DNA of 64,000 nucleotides from Hypanus sabinus (lineage: Eukaryota). The translations under genes and the position numbers were made by a program. The notes beneath the pieces were generated by a model, which made no database searches, was not told where the DNA came from, and was given only the letters and a program-made list of their open reading frames with translations. The stretch lies in assembly GCF_030144855.1 (NCBI RefSeq), contig NC_082732.1, positions 24,800,001 to 24,864,000 on the forward strand, read 5' to 3'. Every line of letters starts with the position of its first letter. The stretch's first letter is position 1. Shown here in pieces: positions 27,560 to 40,252 of this stretch.

Positions 27560-27832
27560 CAATACGCAATCCGGCCCTCAGAGGCAAAAAGGTTGCCGAC
27601 CCCTGATTTAGAATTAAATTGATAGAGTCAGAGAGTTTTGCCACACGAACACAGATCCTTTGGCCGAACTGATTCATCCTGGCCAGTATGAATATCTGAT
27701 AGTCTCATATCGTGAGAAACCTTTTCTATCCATGTACCATACGTGTCCAAGTGACTTTTAAACATCCTTACATACCTGCCTCTAACACCTCATTCCAAAT
27801 AGCCACCAACCTCCAGGTGAAAAGCTTGCCCC

Positions 27833-28248
27833 AGTCACAGCGGACGAGGTAACTGCTTCCATTTTAACTTCACTCATGCTGAACAGTGGTGATCCCAATT
27901 GCAGAGACAGGTCACACGAAATTAGAGGGGGAGAAAATCCAACAAGGCCTTTACTGTACTCCTTAGCAGGCAAAGGTTCCAAAAAAAACTTCACAGGCAA
28001 AATCAAAATCCAAAAAAAACATTTAACTGGAGCTTCAGAGACAAGAGATTACTGCAAACAAAAGCCTTACTTACAAAAGATAACTCCGTGACTGAGCAAA
28101 GAAACAAGGGACAAAGAACTTCCACGGGGCTACAAACAAGACACAGGTGCTAACAATGAACTAATAGTTAGCTTACGAGGCAGGTGAGCAGGAAGAGATT
28201 GGCCTTCTCATCTCTGCCTCCCTCTGGTGGCCAGTTCAAGGTGCGACA
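27833..28248 (-). mobile_element. Solo LTR (416 bp) inserted in a CR1 fragment
   Basis: (A)GTCACA...TGCGACA ends with 5-bp TSD gcccc/gcccc; CR1 sequence resumes on both sides. Confidence 0.7.
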
Positions 28249-28439
28249 GCCCCCGAGGTCCTTTTAAAATCTTTTCCATCTCACCTGAAATCTATCCCCT
28301 CTAGTTATAGACTCCCAACCCTAGGATTATGACTGTGGCCTTATCTACGCTTCTCATAGTCTTAAGGTCTACGAGGCCACTGCTGGGTCTTCCTCGTTCC
28401 AGAGAAAGTGTCCCAGCTTCTCCTCCAGTCGCAGGAACA

Positions 28440-29200
28440 GCTTGGGAATGTTTTCTGCATCTTTCCGGTTTGATGCCAGCCTGGGTGATCAGAAGGAGAT
28501 GGAAAACTCCTGGTGTGGTCTCAGCAACGCGACGCCCCGGCACGCTGACTGATGAAGGAAGTGTCCCGAAGGCCCTCTTCATCATCGGGTCCGGATACTG
28601 TGATACAAAAATGTAGACGTGGAAATCTGGAGAATGTTCCCGAGATGGTGTCGTTGTTCTTTCCAAAGAGGTGGCTGGGGCTTTGAACCCACTGAGAGCC
28701 CCGGCTGGTGAGAGGGTGCTGGCTTACTTCCCCATCCAGGGGGACGCGGGGCATTTTTACCCAGCCTGTCGACAAGGTCACTCCGGCAGAGAGTCTCGGA
28801 AGAAGGGAGGAAGGAATTCCCATCCCTGGGGAATCAAGGGGCTTCGGGCTGTGGTGTGATAAGCATTGGCCTCCAACGAAGCACTGAAGCAGTAAGCATT
28901 GGTGGCTGGCCAGCCATTCGTGGTATTCTGTGGCCAGTAACATCCTTGCATCTTAAATCCACACAGTCTTGCACGAGGTGCAGAAGTGGGGGTCACAGGC
29001 TGGGATAAGCAAGCGCCAAATTCTTGCACATCGCCATTTCGGTGCAGTATTTTGTGGCTGCAGCTTCCTGGCCTAAAGCCATTCATCTTCCATTCCCATT
29101 ATAATTCCTTCTTTTGGCTCTTACTTCCATCCTTTTCACCTTTCCCTTTCTAATTATCTGCTGTTTTCTTCTTTTTTAAAATTGTTTTCTTCTAACAAAT
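28440..29200 (-). mobile_element. L1/Tx1-like endonuclease remnant
   Basis: The minus strand shows degenerate APE motifs (W..NG, FSR..YIFVS, SDH); heavily frameshifted. Confidence 0.4.
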
Positions 29201-30359
29201 GAATTTTAATGTTGTGGTAAATGCTTGGCAACTTGCAACCAGTCGAGGTGATGTGCGCAGTTGTTGGTGTTTCTCTCTGGGAGTGCTCACGTTTATTTAT
29301 GCCCCTGTTGGCCTACCTCAGTCCTGATTCGCTACCTCTTCAGCTGACCTTTGAATTCTATTGGCTCACGCTTCTTCAGCTCTTAGGGGTTTGTAGATGG
29401 CGTCTTTTCAAGATGTCTGCTTACAGAGTTACCAGAAGGGGTAGCCGATGAGGACCAAGGCAAGTGAACCCATAAAATCATGAGCACCCCCACAGAGAAA
29501 CACCAGCAACTGCGCACTGAGGATGTCACCTCGACTGGTGACACAACGTCTGCAAGCTAATTGCCAAGCTTGGCCAACACCCCAACATCAAACACCTCAA
29601 CCCAAGCCTCCAATATTCACCACCATCATACGTTTTACTTTCTCCTCCCAACCTCCCATCACTCTTTGCTCACATCAACCTGTTTTCTTTTGGGCCTCTT
29701 CCTCTTCGCTCTTCCCCCATCTCCCCTCCTCCCTGCGGTTGTCTCTGTGCCAGCCCTGGCAGGACTGAGGCCCTGTTGTACAGCTGCGGATATTGAATCT
29801 GTCAACCGTGCAGGGAATTGAAGTCAGAAAGATCAAAGAGACTATGTTTGTAAAGTGTAATCAAGGGCTGGCATAGGGTACAACGCTGAATAAACAGAGA
29901 CCAAGAACTTAGTCTATCCAGTTGCAAGGAAGACAATCAACCTTTAAAAAGGGCCTAAAGCTGTGGTGGAGATAAGCCTGGGTACCTTATTGACTTTAAG
30001 GTATTTGTTCCACTTCTTTGGCAGGAGAGCTGCTTCTCTTAGCTTCTTTATCCATGCTATAGTAACAGGGCTGTGACATGCACAGTTCATCTGTGGCCAG
30101 ACTTTCAGCCTTAATTCTAAGAAAAGAAGATTTACTGAGTCCTAGAACCGCTGAGTTTTCCCTGACTCTGCTTTTGTTGAAACCAGGCCAGCTAAGAGCC
30201 AACATCCCAAATGATTTCTTTACCATCATTAAGATCTGTGATTTCCCGCAACCTCCCTGATCCATGGAGATCGGGGCCACAGTCACACTCGGCACTTCCT
30301 TGTCCTAAAGTCTAGTCCAGATCTCTGTCCCGTCTCACTGTGGTTGGAAAATATTTTTT

Positions 30360-30900
30360 TAGGAACAGGATTAATGGGAAAGAAGGAACTTATCGGAGAC
30401 AGCTAGCATGGTTTTGTCAAGGGCACATCTTATCTGGCCAATCTGATTGAGTTTTTTGAGGAAGTAACACAACTGGCCTTTGACAAGGTCCCATCTGGGA
30501 TTCATGGGATCCAAATCAAGTTGACAACCGAATCCAGAACCGGCTTGGCAGTAGGAGGCTGTTTTTGTGATTGAACGTCCATGACCTGTGGTGTTCCTGA
30601 AGGGATTGGCGCTGGAGCCGTTGCTGGTTGCAACGTACATGAACAATTTGAATGTCGACGCAGAGGGCGTGATCAGTAAATTCATGAATGGCATGAGTGC
30701 CAGCATTGCTGACTGTGTGGGAAGTGGTCTCGGGCTACAGGCGGACATTGATGAGATGGTGAAATGGACTGGCAGCGTTGAATCCTCATAACTGTGAGGA
30801 GATGAATTTCAGATGAATAATCAGGCCGGGACATCCATTGTAAATGCTAGGGTCCTGTGAAGTACTGGGGAAAAGAGGGACAGCGGAAGTGGCCGTGTTG
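30360..30900 (+). mobile_element. Degenerate CR1 RT fragment
   Basis: HGFVKG..LANLIEFFEEVT...AFDKVP...YMNNL..ISKF remnants. Confidence 0.7.
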
Positions 30901-32417
30901 GTACATAACTTGGTTAAGGATTCACTTGTGACACTGTTCTTCATTAGTCAGGACGATGAATTGGTCTGCTTATTGATTGCTTGTCCAACTCCGTGTGTAG
31001 TTTTTCATTGATTCTATGGTATTTCCTGGTATCTACTGTGAATAGAAGATAGAAGAATAGAAGAAGATGGATCTCAGGGTTGTACGGGGTGGCATATATG
31101 CACTTTGATAATAAATTTACGTTGAACTTTGGATGGTTGGTCTTTGATTTTATAAAGCATTGTTCCGGTCTCAGCTGGTTTCTGCATGGGAGCAAAGACG
31201 CGGGAGTACAGGGAAGAGTCGTACGGTCACTCAAGTCGAGAATGACGCTATCCTGTATCCCTCAGGTGAGATGCAAGTGCTTCGGACGTGTCTCCACTTG
31301 ACCTCTCTGCTCTCGGGAAGGCAGACCTTGGGTGCTGGGCCAACTGGCTTGTTTCCAAGTTGTACGACTCTCTGAGGCACTCGAGACTCGGAGCAATCCG
31401 GTCAATCTCAGTTCCCTGCTCTGTTCACGGACAGAGTCCTACTCTGCCACCACCCCTGCCTCTCCTACCAACCAGGGTGCTTCACCCCAGCCGACTAACG
31501 TGAGGATGGGAGGGAACCGGCGCACAGGAGGGGTGGGAGGGTGAATGTGGTCGCAAAAAGAACTTGCAAATTCCATGCTGACACCATGGAATTTTTTTTA
31601 TTAACTACAAGGAGTACGCAGAAGTTTTAAAAGCAGTGCCCCTGGTTCAGGGTGCGTGGGAACAGGGAGGCTGGGGAGGAGACTATTCGAAGAAGCAGCA
31701 GGAGCCAAGTTCAAAGCACACGGGGAAATTGCTGGCAGCAGAGATACGGAAGGAACGGCGGGTGGGATCTCGAACAGCAGAGCCACTGAGCTGCTCTGTG
31801 ATAAGTGGATCTGACCCAAGCTCTACACCGGTGGTCAGACCGTGACTGATACTGTGATTCTGCCTTCAGATGTAAGGGACAGGATGTGACAGGGTTTGCT
31901 CTGCTCTGCGGTGGGGTGGGGGGTGGGGAATTCTCCCACAGCTCCAAGCAACTGAAGTTCAAATCTTTTTGCTGCAAATCCTGTCCTCTGTGGGTTGAGT
32001 GAGTCAAACACCAGCCCGGAGTCGTCCAACTCAGGGTCAAAGAGGGGCTCTGTGTGTTTGCTGATCAGAAGGTCAGGAGAATTGTACAGGGAAGACAAAT
32101 TTATTTTATTCGAAAGGAACAGAGGCAGAAGACAGGAAGTTATAGACCAGTTAACCAGACTTGAGTGGCTGGGGAGATGCTGGAGTCCATTATTAATGAT
32201 GAGATTTTGGAGCATTTGGAGCCACGTGATAAAATAGGCCAATGTCAGAATGGTTTCCTGAAGGGGAAATCTTGCCTGACAAATAGGCAGAGGAGAGTCA
32301 GTAGATGTTTACTTGGATTTTCAGAAAGCCTTTGACAAGGAAAGAGAGAGAGAGAGAGGGAGAAGCACAGACCCTTTATCACCAACTATATCACAGTGTG
32401 AGATGCAGTGACTGCAT

Positions 32418-33415
32418 CACAGTGACCATTTCACACCAACCATTATCACAGTGACCATTTCACACTAACCACATCACAGTGACCATTTCACACTAACCAT
32501 TATCACAGTGACCATTTCACACTAACCACATCACAGTGACCATTTCACACTAACCACATCACAGTGACCACTTCACACTAACCACATCACAGTGACCATT
32601 TCACACTAACCACATCACAGTGACCATTTCACACTAACCACATCACAGTGACCATTTCACACTAACCACATCACAGTGACCATTTCACACTAACCACATC
32701 ACAGTGACCATTTCACACTAACCACATCACAGTGACCATTTCACACTAACCACAACACAGTGACCATTTCACACTAACCACATCACAGTGACCATTTCAC
32801 ACTAACCACATCACAGTGACCATTTCACACTAACCACATCACAGTGACCACTTCACACTAACCATTATCACAGTGACCATTTCACACTAACCACATCACA
32901 GTGAACATTTCACACTAACCACATCACAGTGACCATTTCACACTAACCACATCACAGTGACCACTTCACACTAAGCATTAACACAGTGACCATTTCACAC
33001 TAACCACATCACAGTGAACATTTCACACTAACCACATCACAGTGACCATTTCACACTAACCATTATCACAGTGACCATTTCACACTAACCATTATCACAG
33101 TGACCATTTCACACTAACCACATCACAGTGACCATTTCACACTAAGCATTATCACAGTGACCATTTCACACTAACCACATCACAGTGACCATTTCACACT
33201 AACCACATCACAGTGACCACTTCACACTAAGCATTAACACAGTGACCATTTCACACTAAGCATTAACACAGTGACCATTTCACACTAACCACATCACAGT
33301 GACCATTTCACACCAACCATTATCACAGTGACCATTTCACACTAACCATTATCACAGTGAACATTTCATACCAACCATTTCACAGTGACCATTTCACACC
33401 AACCACATAACAGTG
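32418..33415. repeat. 28/29-bp minisatellite, about 35 units
   Basis: Unit CACAGTGACCATTTCACACTAACCACAT (variant ...CCATTAT). Confidence 0.95.
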
Positions 33416-33459
33416 CTAGATGCACTGACTGTATCACAGTGACAGGTACACCAATTGTA

Positions 33460-35030
33460 CAAATTTACCAAAGACACCGCTGCTGTTGACAGAACCAAGG
33501 TGGGTGTTGAGGAAGCGTACAGGAGTGAGACAAGTCAGCTGGTAGAGTGGTGTCCTGACAACGCCTGCCAAACAAGGAAATGACTGTGGACTTCAGGAAG
33601 GGTCGGGCTGGTGAGCATGCACCGGTCCTCACCAAAGGATCTGCGATATAAAGGGGAAACCATTTCAAGTTCCTGGGGCAGTACTCAGGGGATCGGACCC
33701 GAGCTGAGCATGAGGAAACTGCGAGGATGCTTCTAATCCCTTCGGAGCTTAAGGACACTCGACAGATCATCAAAGACTCCGACAAAGTTCCACTGACGCA
33801 GAGTGGAAAGGATTCCGGCTGGACAAAGTTTTACTGATGTAAAGTGGAAAGGATTCCGGCTGGACAAAGTTCTACTGATGTAAAGTGGAAAGGATTCCGG
33901 CTGGACAAAGTTCTACTGATGTAGAGTGGAAAGGATTCCGGCTGGACAAAGTTCTGCTGATGTAGAGTGGAAAGGATTCCGGCTGGACAAAGTTCTGCTG
34001 ATGTAAAGTGGAAAGGATTCCGGCTGGACAAAGTTCTACTGATGTAGAGTGGAAAGGATTCCGGCTGGACAAAGTTCTACTGATGTAGAGTGGAAAGGAT
34101 TCCGGCTGGACAAAGTTCTACTGATGTAGAGTGGAAAGGATTCCGGCTGGACAAAGTTCTACTGATGTAGAGTGGAAAGGATTCCGGCTGGACAAAGTTC
34201 TACTGATGTAAAGTGGAAAGGATTCCGGCTGGACAAAGTTCTACTGATGTAAAGTGGAAAGGATTCCGGCTGGACAAAGTTCTACTGATGTAGAGTGGAA
34301 AGGATTCCGACTGGACAAAGTTCTACTGATGTAAAGTGGAAAGGATTCCAGCTGGACAAAGTTCTACTGACATAGAGTGGAAAGGATTCCGGCTGGACAA
34401 AGTTCTACTGATGTAAAGTGGAAAGGATTCCGGCTGGACAAAGTTCTACTGATGTAGAGTGGAAAGGATTCCGGCTGGACAAAGTTCTACTGATGTAAAG
34501 TGGAAAGGATTCCGGCTGGACAAAGTTCTGCTGATGTAAAGTGGAAAGGATTCCGGCTGGACAAAGTTCTGCTGACGTAGAGTGGAAAGGATTCCGGCTG
34601 GACAAAGTTCTGCTGACGTAGACTGAAAAGCATTCTGGGTGGTTGAATCTGGGCCTCGTACTGGACCTCACCACACAGGGCTGCAAGGGGTTGCAGAGAG
34701 GGATGGATACAGTCAGTTCCATCCCTGCTACACCTATCTCCACCACTGAGGACATCTACTCTTGTAGATGTCTCGAGAAGGTAATGTCCCATCATCAAGG
34801 ACCCCACCATCTGGGCCAGGTCTCTCGGCAGGAGATATAGGATCTAAAGACCAATGTCTCAAGGTTCTACAACAGCTTCTTCCACAGTGCCATCGGGTTC
34901 TTGAACTGGCCTGTAAGACCCCAACACCACCTTAGACCATCTCCTTCGAAACGCATTGTGCTGCTGCTGCGAAGGGTTAATGTTCACGACATTTACTCCC
35001 TGCGTACGTGTGTCTACGCAAACAAATTGG
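33460..35030 (+). mobile_element. Rex1/Babar LINE 3' part containing an expanded minisatellite
   Basis: KEMTVDFRK, FKFLG and IIKDPHH-type remnants flank the array. Confidence 0.7.
33781..34632. repeat. 41-bp minisatellite, about 21 units
   Basis: Unit GGACAAAGTTCTACTGATGTAGAGTGGAAAGGATTCCGGCT, highly homogeneous. Confidence 0.95.
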
Positions 35031-35164
35031 AGCTGAACCACATCACCGCGAGAGGCGCTCCCGCCGTGTCACGGTGACCATACCACAGTGAGGGACACCA
35101 CGAGGTTGTGCTGAGGCAAATCAGACTTCACTCTCAGCTGCAGTGACCGACCATCCTCGACCGA

Positions 35165-36750
35165 GATTCAAGGTTCCAGGTTGCATGATGTCAATTCCCG
35201 TGCACGAAATAATTGTTACTCCGGATGTGATATAGCACAGAAAAAACACAGAAGACTTTTTTTAAAGTATATTAGTAATAGAAGAACACTGTGTTGCCTT
35301 TATGGCAGTTATTTAGTTTATAATATTTTCGCTTAGTAATTTGTTTGTTAGCATTCCAGTTGAAGTTAGGATTGTTTAAAGTAAATTCATTGTCTGTGAG
35401 ATATCGCGGCATGTGATGACATCACATCCGGTTTCACCACGTCCTGTGGGAAAATACCGGTTTGGAGAAATGGGAAGATGGGGGGCGAGACATGTGCGAG
35501 CGCAAGCAGCAGCAACGTTTTCTCTCTACGCACTAGGAACATTGTGAAGGCAACGCTGTGAGTTATGAGATAATCGATATGTTGAATTAAAATGTTAATG
35601 CCGATCCTGTTAAAAGTAACAACGGTCGATAAGGTTTATGCTTTTGTTAGTTAACGGGTTGCGGATAGTTTGCGTTGAAGTGTATTTAAAGCAGTCAATG
35701 GCGTAGGTAGATTCTGACTGTATGCTGCACTTTAATGTAATGTAGTTGTTGTAGTTTTACTTTTGCAAGTATTCACGATGTAAATGTAATATTAAGAAGG
35801 AAACAACTGCTGTACAAATCTTGTATTGTTTTATCAACAGTTTTCACCATACGTTAATGTGGAAGAGTGAACAGTAAATGGTTAATCTTACTGTGATCCT
35901 GTCGTCGTTGACAAAGGTTTAACTCGGTGTTTAGTTCGGCGTTCCGTTACACCCGAGCGAGAACACTACAAACACAATAATTATAAATGCATAAGAAGGC
36001 TTAACTGCATAGATTGCCTGTATGCCCATAAAGTGGTGCTGGGCATGGGAGTGTCCGTACATAACACGACTGACAGGAAAAGGATTATATAGGAGTTAGA
36101 GGGTGGAGGAGTTGATCAACCTCGCTGCTTGGAGGAAGTCACTGTTTTTGAGTCTGGTGGTCCTGCCGTGGATGCTACATAGCCCACCCCCCCCCCCCCC
36201 GATGGGAGTGGAAGCAAGGTGGGTGGACCCTTCGTGATGTTACTGCCCCTTTCCCGGCACCTTTCTGTATACCTGCCCTTGATGGCGGGTGGGCTGGTGC
36301 CAGTGAAGCATTGGGCAGGTTCGACTGCCCGTGGTAGAGCCCTCCTGTCTGCCACGGTGCCGTTTCTGTACCAGGCAGGGATGCAGTTTGTCAGGACGCA
36401 TCTGGAGAATGACGTGAGTGTGGATATCAGCTCTCTTCAGCCTCCTCAGGAGGCAGAGGCATCGCTGAGTGTTCCCGACTGTGTATGACATGAGAGGTTC
36501 TGCAAGCTGTGCACTCCCAGGTGTTTGAAACTGCCCACGGCTTCCATTGCTGTGCTGCTGATATAAAGAAGGATGTGTACGGTGAGAGCTCTCCTGAAGT
36601 TGATAACCATCTCCTTTGTCTTGTTGACATTGAGGAAGAGGTTATTTGATTATCTCCAGGCCTCGAGCTCTTCTTCCTCTTCTCTGTAGCCATCTCATTG
36701 TTGTTGGCGATGAGTCTCATCACTGTTGTGTCATTTTGACAATGGGATGA
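35165..36750 (-). mobile_element. Rex1/Babar LINE fragment interrupted by a solo LTR
   Basis: The minus strand encodes QRCLCLLRRLKRA...ADRRAL.RAV..AQ..TG; reversed tail at about 35165. Confidence 0.7.
35290..35970 (+). mobile_element. Solo LTR (681 bp), possibly BEL/Pao-type
   Basis: TGT...ACA ends with a perfect 5-bp TSD aacac (35285-35289, 35971-35975); superfamily and orientation are tentative. Confidence 0.75.
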
Positions 36751-36759
36751 CAGATTATT

Positions 36760-37575
36760 GTCTTCAGGAAGAGAAACTGGAGGACCGTGCGCCATTCCTC
36801 TTTGTGGGGATCAGAGGTGGAGAGGATCAGCAACTTTAAATCTCTTGGTATTATCATTTCGGAGGAACTGTCATGGGCCCCAGCACTGTGCAGTTACGAA
36901 GAAAGCATGACAGTTCCTCTACTTCCTTAGGAGTTAGTTAAGATTCAGCACGACATCCAAAACTTCTATAGATGTGTGATGGAGAATACATTGACCGATG
37001 GCATCACAGCCTGGCATGGAAACACCAATGCCCTTGAATGGAAAATCCTACAAAATGTAGTGGATACAGCCCAGTCCATCATGGACTCCCCAATGTTGAC
37101 GCACCTACACAGACCATTGCTGCAGAAAAGCTGCATCCATTATCAGAGAACCCCACCACCTAGGTCATGCTCTCTTCTCGCTGCTGCCGTCAGGAGGAAG
37201 GTACGGGAGTCTCAGGACTCACACCACCTGGTGCAGGAACCGTTATTACCCCTCAACCATCAGGCTCTTGAACCAGAGGGGACAACTTCATTCAACTTCA
37301 CTCACCCCATCACTGAACAGTTCCCATGACCTTTTGACTCACGTTCAAGGCCTCTTCATCTCATGTTCTTGATATTTATTGTTTATGTATTTATTAATGT
37401 TAATTTTTCTTTTTGTATTTGCACAGTTTGACATCTTTTGCACACCGGATGCCCACCCTATTGGTGCGGTCTTTAACTGATCCTATCATGGTTATTGGCT
37501 TTATTGAGCATGCCCGCAAGAAGACTAACCTCAGGGTGACATATAAGTTCTTTGATAGTAAATTCACTTTGAACT
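36760..37575 (+). mobile_element. Rex1/Babar LINE 3' end
   Basis: FYRCVMENTLTDGITAWHGN...LQNVVDTAQSI; tail aaattcactttgaactttga. Confidence 0.8.
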
Positions 37576-37849
37576 TTGAAGAAAAACCATGATCCGTTAT
37601 CCCTCAAGGATGCACACCTTCATAACCTGATAAATAGTCACTTTTATCATTGCGAAGATAACGGGATTGTAAACCATCTCTTGTCAGGGGGTCACGAGAA
37701 GGCAGATTGGCAGGACGAGGTAAGCAGTGTGGCTCAGCTGCAGATCCACCTCACTGGAGTCAAATCTTTGGCATTGCCTGGACCGCCCACACAGAGCCAG
37801 TGAGTTCCCAGCATTCTCTTTTGCATCGGATTTCCAGCAACAGCGATAT

Positions 37850-38580
37850 TAGAAACATAGAAAACCTACAGCACAATACAGGCCCTATGGACCACAATGC
37901 TGTGCCGAACATGTACTTATTTTAGAAATTACCTTGGGTTACCTATAGCCCTCTGTTTTACTAAGCTCCATGTACCTATCCAGGAGTCTCTTAAAAGACC
38001 CCATCATATCCACCACCACCACTGTCGCTGGCAGCCCATTCCACTCACTCACCATTCTCTGAGTAAAAAACTTACCCCTGACATCTCCTCTGTACCTACT
38101 CCCCAGCACCTTAAACCTGTGTCCTCTTGTGGCAACCATTTCAGCCCTGGGAAAAAGCCTCTGACTATCCACATGTTCAATGCCTCTCATCATCTTGTAC
38201 ACCTCTATCAGGTCACCTCTCATCCTCCGTCGCTCCAAGGAGAAAAGGCCGAGTTCACTCAGCCTATTCTCATAAGACATGCTCCTCAATCCAGGCAACA
38301 TCTTGTAAATCTCCTTTGCACCCTTTCTATGGCTTCCACATCCTTCCTGTAGTGAGGCGACCAGAACTGAGCACAGTACTCCAAGTTGGGTCTGACCAGG
38401 GTCCTATATAGCTGTAACATTACCTCTTGGCTCTTAAACTCAATCCCACGGTTGATGAAGACCGATACACCGTATGCCTTCTTAACCACAGAGTCAACCT
38501 GTGCAGCAGCTTTGAGTGTCCTATGGACTCAGACCCCAAGAACTCTCTGATCCTCCACAATGTCAAGACTCTTACCATTA
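37850..38580 (-). mobile_element. CR1 LINE 3' end
   Basis: LYRTLVRPNLEYCAQFWSPHY...RMRGDLIEVYKMM...FFTQRMVSEWNGLP; same subfamily as 56925-59205. Confidence 0.9.
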
Positions 38581-39214
38581 ATTTTGAGATCCATGCCACC
38601 AGCTTCAAGAGCAGATACTGCCTTTAAACCAGTCAGTTATTTAACTAACTGGTTCAACCCAATTGCTTCAGTTTCACAACACTGTGCCTGCTTTGCATTA
38701 AAATTGATTGCTTTTGTTCAGATTGGGTCTTTTCTTGCAAAAATTGTGAATGCTGTTTATCGGATGCTACGTACCCGCGATGCTGCTGCAAGGACGATTT
38801 TTCTTTGCACTTGTGCACACACGTAGGTGGTCATAAGCTCGACTTAGCGCCTCACAATTCCAGCATTTTGTTTCTGTTCTGGCCTCAGTCACCTTCCTGT
38901 TTTTGCATCTCCTCCAGACAGGTCAGCTATGAGTTTCAGGCCCCTCATCACTCTCTCAGCAGGAACCACCACCATTTCAGTCCAGTCTGACCTCCTCCCA
39001 ACCACAGACCCTGTCCACCACCCCCTTCTCTGCAACCAACAGTTACTTTCCAACGTTTCCTAGGGCTCTATAACATTAAAACTGTTTCCCCTCCCATAAA
39101 ACTTGTCTGACCTGCTGAGTATTTCCAGTGTATTGTAGTTTTATTTTAGATGCCTAGTAGAAGCAAGTTTCTGTCTGGTTTCTCAGCAATAATACACTGT
39201 TGTTAGGTGGTCAG

Positions 39215-39232
39215 CAGCGCCACCTGCTGCCG
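39215..39232 (-). promoter_or_regulatory. CTCF motif (reverse)
   Basis: Minus strand reads CGGCAGCAGGTGGCGCTG, one mismatch from the core CCASYAGRKGGCRS. Confidence 0.6.
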
Positions 39233-40233
39233 TTTAGCAGTACCGCAGTCGAAGTGGTTAGGCTGAAGGTTACCTTCTTCCACAGTCTTAATTTGAATTA
39301 AAGTTCCCACTGGAATGGTGTATGAGTGGTTATACAGCTCCGCTTTGATCAGGATATAAACCACAGAGACGTTCTGGTCATTAAGTATGATGAAATCCTT
39401 ATGATGGCAAAGGAAATGGACAGCATGAAATGTTTCATGAAACCTCGTCAATAAAAAGGAGCTGGTGCTCTGAATAAGTTCAAAGTAAATTTATTATCAA
39501 AATAATGTCATCATATACAACTTTGAGATTCATTTTCTTGCAGGCATTCACAGTAGAACAAAGAAATACAATAAAATCAATGAAAGTCTGCACACAAACA
39601 AAGACTGACGCCCAATGTACCGAAGAAGACAAACTGTGTGTTTACAATATAGAGAATTAACACTGAGAAGATGAGTTGAAATGTCCTTCAAGAGCGCCCA
39701 TAGGTCGTGGAATCAGTTCAGGGTATTCTCCCTCTGTCTCCCTACTTATTCAGCTACAAAGTTTGCCCCTGTATTTCGTTTGGGTAATCGAGTTCACATT
39801 CAAGTGTTTTGTCATCTGACTGTACTTATATACAACCAACAAAACAACGTTCCTCCGGACTACGGTGCACACACAAAACATATAACACACATATAACAGG
39901 GTAAAACAAAATATTATTGCAAATCAGTTAATAAAATATAATTCAATGTAAACTGTGCTAGTGAGCAGACCTTGGAGGTGGCAGGGTATCCATTAGTCTC
40001 ACAGCCTGAGAGACGAGCTGTCTGACAGACCTAGTCCTCTCCCTCCTTCCTGATGGCAGTGGATCAAAGAGATTATGGAATGGGTGTTATCTCTTTGTTT
40101 ATCTACTGATGTCCTTTTCCACGAGTGGAAGAGACGAAAAGGTGAGTAAAAGTTATTTGAAATGATTTGTGGAATGGTAGCTTCAAACAAGGGAGTGAGT
40201 GGCCATCTCAGCGAGGAATGTTTTCTATCGATT

Positions 40234-40252
40234 TGGCCACTAGATGGCGCTG
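40234..40252 (+). promoter_or_regulatory. CTCF motif (forward)
   Basis: TGGCCACTAGATGGCGCTG, a perfect match to the core consensus. Confidence 0.7.

Larger units (their letters stand above)
24780..27605 (+). mobile_element. hAT DNA transposon, Buster/SPIN (GTF2IRD2-like) family, defective transposase
   Basis: TIRs CAGGGGTAGGCAA and TTGCCGACCCCTG; 8-bp TSD gtttagaa/atttagaa with central TA. Transposase motifs KRRKVDAEC, VKECLL..DIVCPEK, CDESTD, TDGAPA, LAFPVDITSHLNNLNLQLQG and FGSTCLCEQLFSKM, with frameshifts. Confidence 0.92.

Noticed and set aside
32418-34632. Tandem arrays as CRISPR arrays
   Set aside because: Units are contiguous with no unique spacers, there are no cas genes, and the context is vertebrate.
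33831-34810. Repetitive ORFs (SSRNPFH.TS.ELCPAGIL...)
   Set aside because: These are translation artefacts of the 41-bp minisatellite.
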